Below, piece by piece: positions 60,068 to 64,000 of a stretch of 64,000 bases of DNA. The notes below the pieces were generated by a model that worked only from the letters and a program-made list of their open reading frames with translations, made no database searches and was not told where the DNA came from. Position 1 is the first letter of the stretch, and each line of letters starts with the position of its first letter. This DNA comes from Isurus oxyrinchus (lineage: Eukaryota), in NCBI GenBank assembly GCA_026770705.1, contig JANJGN010000010.1, positions 39,928,001 through 39,992,000 on the forward strand, read 5' to 3'. Position numbers and translations under genes: made by a program.

Positions 60068-60083
60068 TTTCACTTTCGTTTTC
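60068..60083 (-). promoter_or_regulatory. ISRE/IRF-binding element GAAAACGAAAGTGAAA
   Basis: Three GAAA cores at 6-bp spacing, 79-94 bp upstream of the ATG. Confidence 0.7.
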
Positions 60084-60337
60084 TTAATAACGCCCACGTC
60101 GGTTTATGAAGTGATTTATAGGAGAACAAGTTGCAAAAAAAACCTAATGGAATTGCTGCACACTGACATTTTATTCGCTTTAACGTTAAATGCAAGGGGG
60201 TGTTTATTCTCTAGCGAAGACATTTTGACACGACCGTTTTTTCAATCGACTCTCAACACATGCCCGGATTCATTACAAACATTTCTCGGCACAAATGTCA
60301 CTGCAATATTTATACCATATTGTCCAATGTGAAGCCT

Positions 60338-60357
60338 GGGAGGAGGGCGGGCCGGGG
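60338..60357. promoter_or_regulatory. GC box (Sp/KLF site GGGCGGG) in the putative promoter
   Basis: gggaggagggcgggccgggg in an otherwise AT-rich, CpG-containing region upstream of exon 1. Confidence 0.4.
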
Positions 60358-60466
60358 AAACGAGAATATGCTAAAATGGAGTTGTTAAATCCAGCCTCAG
60401 AGAAATGGCAGCAGCAGCCCGTGTGACCTGACGGTGCTCATTCAAGGGGTCACCTGGTACAGCACA

Positions 60467-63400
60467 AGTTACACAGTCTGGTTTGGCTTGGCATCGACTG
60501 TTCAGTCAAAGAGAAGGAAGGCAGCTTTTACAGAAAATGCTGGCTTGGCCTAAATAGCCAAGTGGTTATGGTACTGGGTTTGTAACCCCAAGATCAAGCG
60601 ATCAAATCTCACAATGGCAAACTATGAAACAATGTAACTTCATCTGAAACAGATGGAAATGGGTTTGTGCTCGAAAGAGTATCAAGAGTTCAAATCTCAC
60701 AATGGCAAACTATGAAACAATGTAACTCCATCTGAAACAGATGGAAATGGGTTTGTACTCGAAAGAGTATCAAGAGTTCAAATCTCACAATGGCAAACAA
60801 TGTAACTTCATCTGAAACAGATGGAAATGGGTTTGTACTCAAAAGAGTTACAGCCAAATATCCTTTGGGCTTGGCCTAAATAGCCAAGTGGTTATGGTAC
60901 TGGGTTTGTAACCCTAAGATCGAGAGTTCAAATCTCACAATGGCAAACTATGAAACAATGTAACTTCATCTGAAACAGATGGAAATGGGTTTGTGCTCGA
61001 AAGAGTATCAAGAGTTCAAATCTCACAATGGCAAACTATGAAACAATGTAACTTCATCTGAAACAGATGGAAATGGGTTTGTACTCGAAAGAGTATCAAG
61101 AGTTCAAATCTCACAATGGCAAACTATGAAACAATGTAACTTCATCTGAAACAGATGGAAATGGGTTTGTACTCGAAAGAGTTACCCCCTCACCCATTAA
61201 AAACTCGAAAGAGTTACACAGTTTGGCTTGGCATCGACTGTTCAGTCAAAGAGAAGGAAGGCAGCTTTTACAGAAAATGCTGGCTTGGCCTAAATAGCCA
61301 AGTGGTACTGGGTTTGTAACCCCAAGATCAAGAGTTCAAATCTCACAATGGCAAACAATGTAACTTCATCTGAAACAGATGGAAATGGGTTTGTACTCAA
61401 AAGAGTTACAGCCAAATATCCTTTGGGCTTGGCCTAAATAGCCAAGTGGTTATGGTACTGGGTTTGTAACCCTAAGATCGAGAGTTCAAATCTCACAATG
61501 GCAAACTATGAAACAATGTAACTTCATCTGAAACAGATGGAAATGGGTTTGTGCTCGAAAGAGTATCAAGAGTTCAAATCTCACAATGGCAAACTATGAA
61601 ACAATGTAACTTCATCTGAAACAGATGGAAATGGGTTTGTACTCGAAAGAGTATCAAGAGTTCAAATCTCACAATGGCAAACTATGAAACAATGTAACTT
61701 CATCTGAAACAGATGGAAATGGGTTTGTACTCGAAAGAGTTACCCCCTCACCCATTAAAAACTCGAAAGAGTTACACAGTTTGGCTTGGCATCGACTGTT
61801 CAGTCAAAGAGAAGGAAGGCAGCTTTTACAGAAAATGCTGGCTTGGCCTAAATAGCCAAGTGGTTATGGTACTGGGTTTGTAACCCCAAGATCAAGCGAT
61901 CAAATCTCACAATGGCAAACTATGAAACAATGTAACTTCATCTGAAACAGATGGAAATGGGTTTGTGCTCGAAAGAGTATCAAGAGTTCAAATCTCACAA
62001 TGGCAAACTATGAAACAATGTAACTCCATCTGAAACAGATGGAAATGGGTTTGTACTCGAAAGAGTATCAAGAGTTCAAATCTCACAATGGCAAACAATG
62101 TAACTTCATCTGAAACAGATGGAAATGGGTTTGTACTCAAAAGAGTTACAGCCAAATATCCTTTGGGCTTGGCCTAAATAGCCAAGTGGTTATGGTACTG
62201 GGTTTGTAACCCTAAGATCGAGAGTTCAAATCTCACAATGGCAAACTATGAAACAATGTAACTTCATCTGAAACAGATGGAAATGGGTTTGTGCTCGAAA
62301 GAGTATCAAGAGTTCAAATCTCACAATGGCAAACTATGAAACAATGTAACTTCATCTGAAACAGATGGAAATGGGTTTGTACTCGAAAGAGTATCAAGAG
62401 TTCAAATCTCACAATGGCAAACTATGAAACAATGTAACTTCATCTGAAACAGATGGAAATGGGTTTGTACTCGAAAGAGTTACCCCCTCACCCATTAAAA
62501 ACTCGAAAGAGTTACACAGTTTGGCTTGGCATCGACTGTTCAGTCAAAGAGAAGGAAGGCAGCTTTTACAGAAAATGCTGGCTTGGCCTAAATAGCCAAG
62601 TGGTACTGGGTTTGTAACCCCAAGATCAAGAGTTCAAATCTCACAATGGCAAACAATGTAACTTCATCTGAAACAGATGGAAATGGGTTTGTACTCAAAA
62701 GAGTTACAGCCAAATATCCTTTGGGCTTGGCCTAAATAGCCAAGTGGTTATGGTACTGGGTTTGTAACCCTAAGATCGAGAGTTCAAATCTCACAATGGC
62801 AAACTATGAAACAATGTAACTTCATCTGAAACAGATGGAAATGGGTTTGTGCTCGAAAGAGTATCAAGAGTTCAAATCTCACAATGGCAAACTATGAAAC
62901 AATGTAACTTCATCTGAAACAGATGGAAATGGGTTTGTACTCGAAAGAGTATCAAGAGTTCAAATCTCACAATGGCAAACTATGAAACAATGTAACTTCA
63001 TCTGAAACAGATGGAAATGGGTTTGTACTCGAAAGAGTTACCCCCTCACCCATTAAAAACTCGAAAGAGTTACACAGTTTGGCTTGGCATCGACTGTTCA
63101 GTCAAAGAGAAGGAAGGCAGCTTTTACAGAAAATGCTGGCTTGGCCTAAATAGCCAAGTGGTTATGGTACTGGGTTTGTAACCCCAAGATCAAGCGATCA
63201 AATCTCACAATGGCAAACTATGAAACAATGTAACTTCATCTGAAACAGATGGAAATGGGTTTGTGCTCGAAAGAGTATCAAGAGTTCAAATCTCACAATG
63301 GCAAACTATGAAACAATGTAACTCCATCTGAAACAGATGGAAATGGGTTTGTACTCGAAAGAGTATCAAGAGTTCAAATCTCACAATGGCAAACAATGTA

Positions 63401-64000
63401 ACTTCATCTGAAACAGATGGAAATGGGTTTGTACTCAAAAGAGTTACAGCCAAATATCCTTTGGGCTTGGCCTAAATAGCCAAGTGGTTATGGTACTGGG
63501 TTTGTAACCCTAAGATCGAGAGTTCAAATCTCACAATGGCAAACTATGAAACAATGTAACTTCATCTGAAACAGATGGAAATGGGTTTGTGCTCGAAAGA
63601 GTATCAAGAGTTCAAATCTCACAATGGCAAACTATGAAACAATGTAACTTCATCTGAAACAGATGGAAATGGGTTTGTACTCGAAAGAGTATCAAGAGTT
63701 CAAATCTCACAATGGCAAACTATGAAACAATGTAACTTCATCTGAAACAGATGGAAATGGGTTTGTACTCGAAAGAGTTACCCCCTCACCCATTAAAAAC
63801 TCGAAAGAGTTACACAGTTTGGCTTGGCATCGACTGTTCAGTCAAAGAGAAGGAAGGCAGCTTTTACAGAAAATGCTGGCTTGGCCTAAATAGCCAAGTG
63901 GTACTGGGTTTGTAACCCCAAGATCAAGAGTTCAAATCTCACAATGGCAAACAATGTAACTTCATCTGAAACAGATGGAAATGGGTTTGTACTCAAAAGA
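60467..64000 (+). repeat. tRNA-derived higher-order satellite (88-bp monomer; alternating 740- and 558-bp subunits; 1298-bp period), continues past the window edge
   Basis: Marker gcatcgactg at 60491, 61231, 61789, 62529, 63087 and 63827. Monomer atcaagagttc at 60681 and 60769. Confidence 0.97.
60873..60945 (+). pseudogene. tRNA-Thr(TGT)-like head inside the satellite (representative copy; two per subunit)
   Basis: A box TAGCCAAGTGG, D arm, anticodon loop TTTGTAA and B box GTTCAAATC in tRNA spacing. Acceptor, anticodon and T stems contain mismatches. Confidence 0.75.

Noticed and set aside
60547-60945. Functional tRNA-Thr gene cluster
   Set aside because: Acceptor, anticodon and T stems have multiple mismatches. 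Some copies have a mutated B box or a 6-bp D-arm deletion.
60467-64000. CRISPR-like array
   Set aside because: There are no unique spacers, the whole unit repeats, the context is eukaryotic and no cas genes are present.

Overview
Vertebrate genomic DNA, most likely a cartilaginous fish (inferred from the repeat complement: CR1/L2 LINEs, Penelope, Harbinger-type elements and a Deu-type SINE). One minus-strand gene spans almost the whole window, a B7-H6/NCR3LG1-like type I membrane protein. Its signal peptide (59938-59989), IgV (54173-54511), IgC1 (50907-51221) and TM (45741-45839) exons splice in frame at GT-AG sites. After the TM exon the gene continues for over 40 kb as an array of phase-1/phase-1 cytoplasmic exons: five 75-78 nt spacer exons, two intact 423-nt Ig-like exons lacking the canonical disulfide, two frameshifted copies and one deleted copy. 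Segmental and tandem duplications built this array (13.87-kb unit, microhomology deletions, a gene-conversion tract), and it runs off the left edge. Introns hold a 4.5-kb fold-back Penelope element with hammerhead-like motifs, nested Harbinger-type elements, a solo LTR and many CR1 fragments. An ISRE lies about 80 bp upstream of the ATG. About 480 bp upstream of the ATG a tRNA-Thr-derived higher-order satellite begins (88-bp monomer, 740+558 = 1298-bp period) that retains Pol III A/B boxes. All alignments were done by eye.
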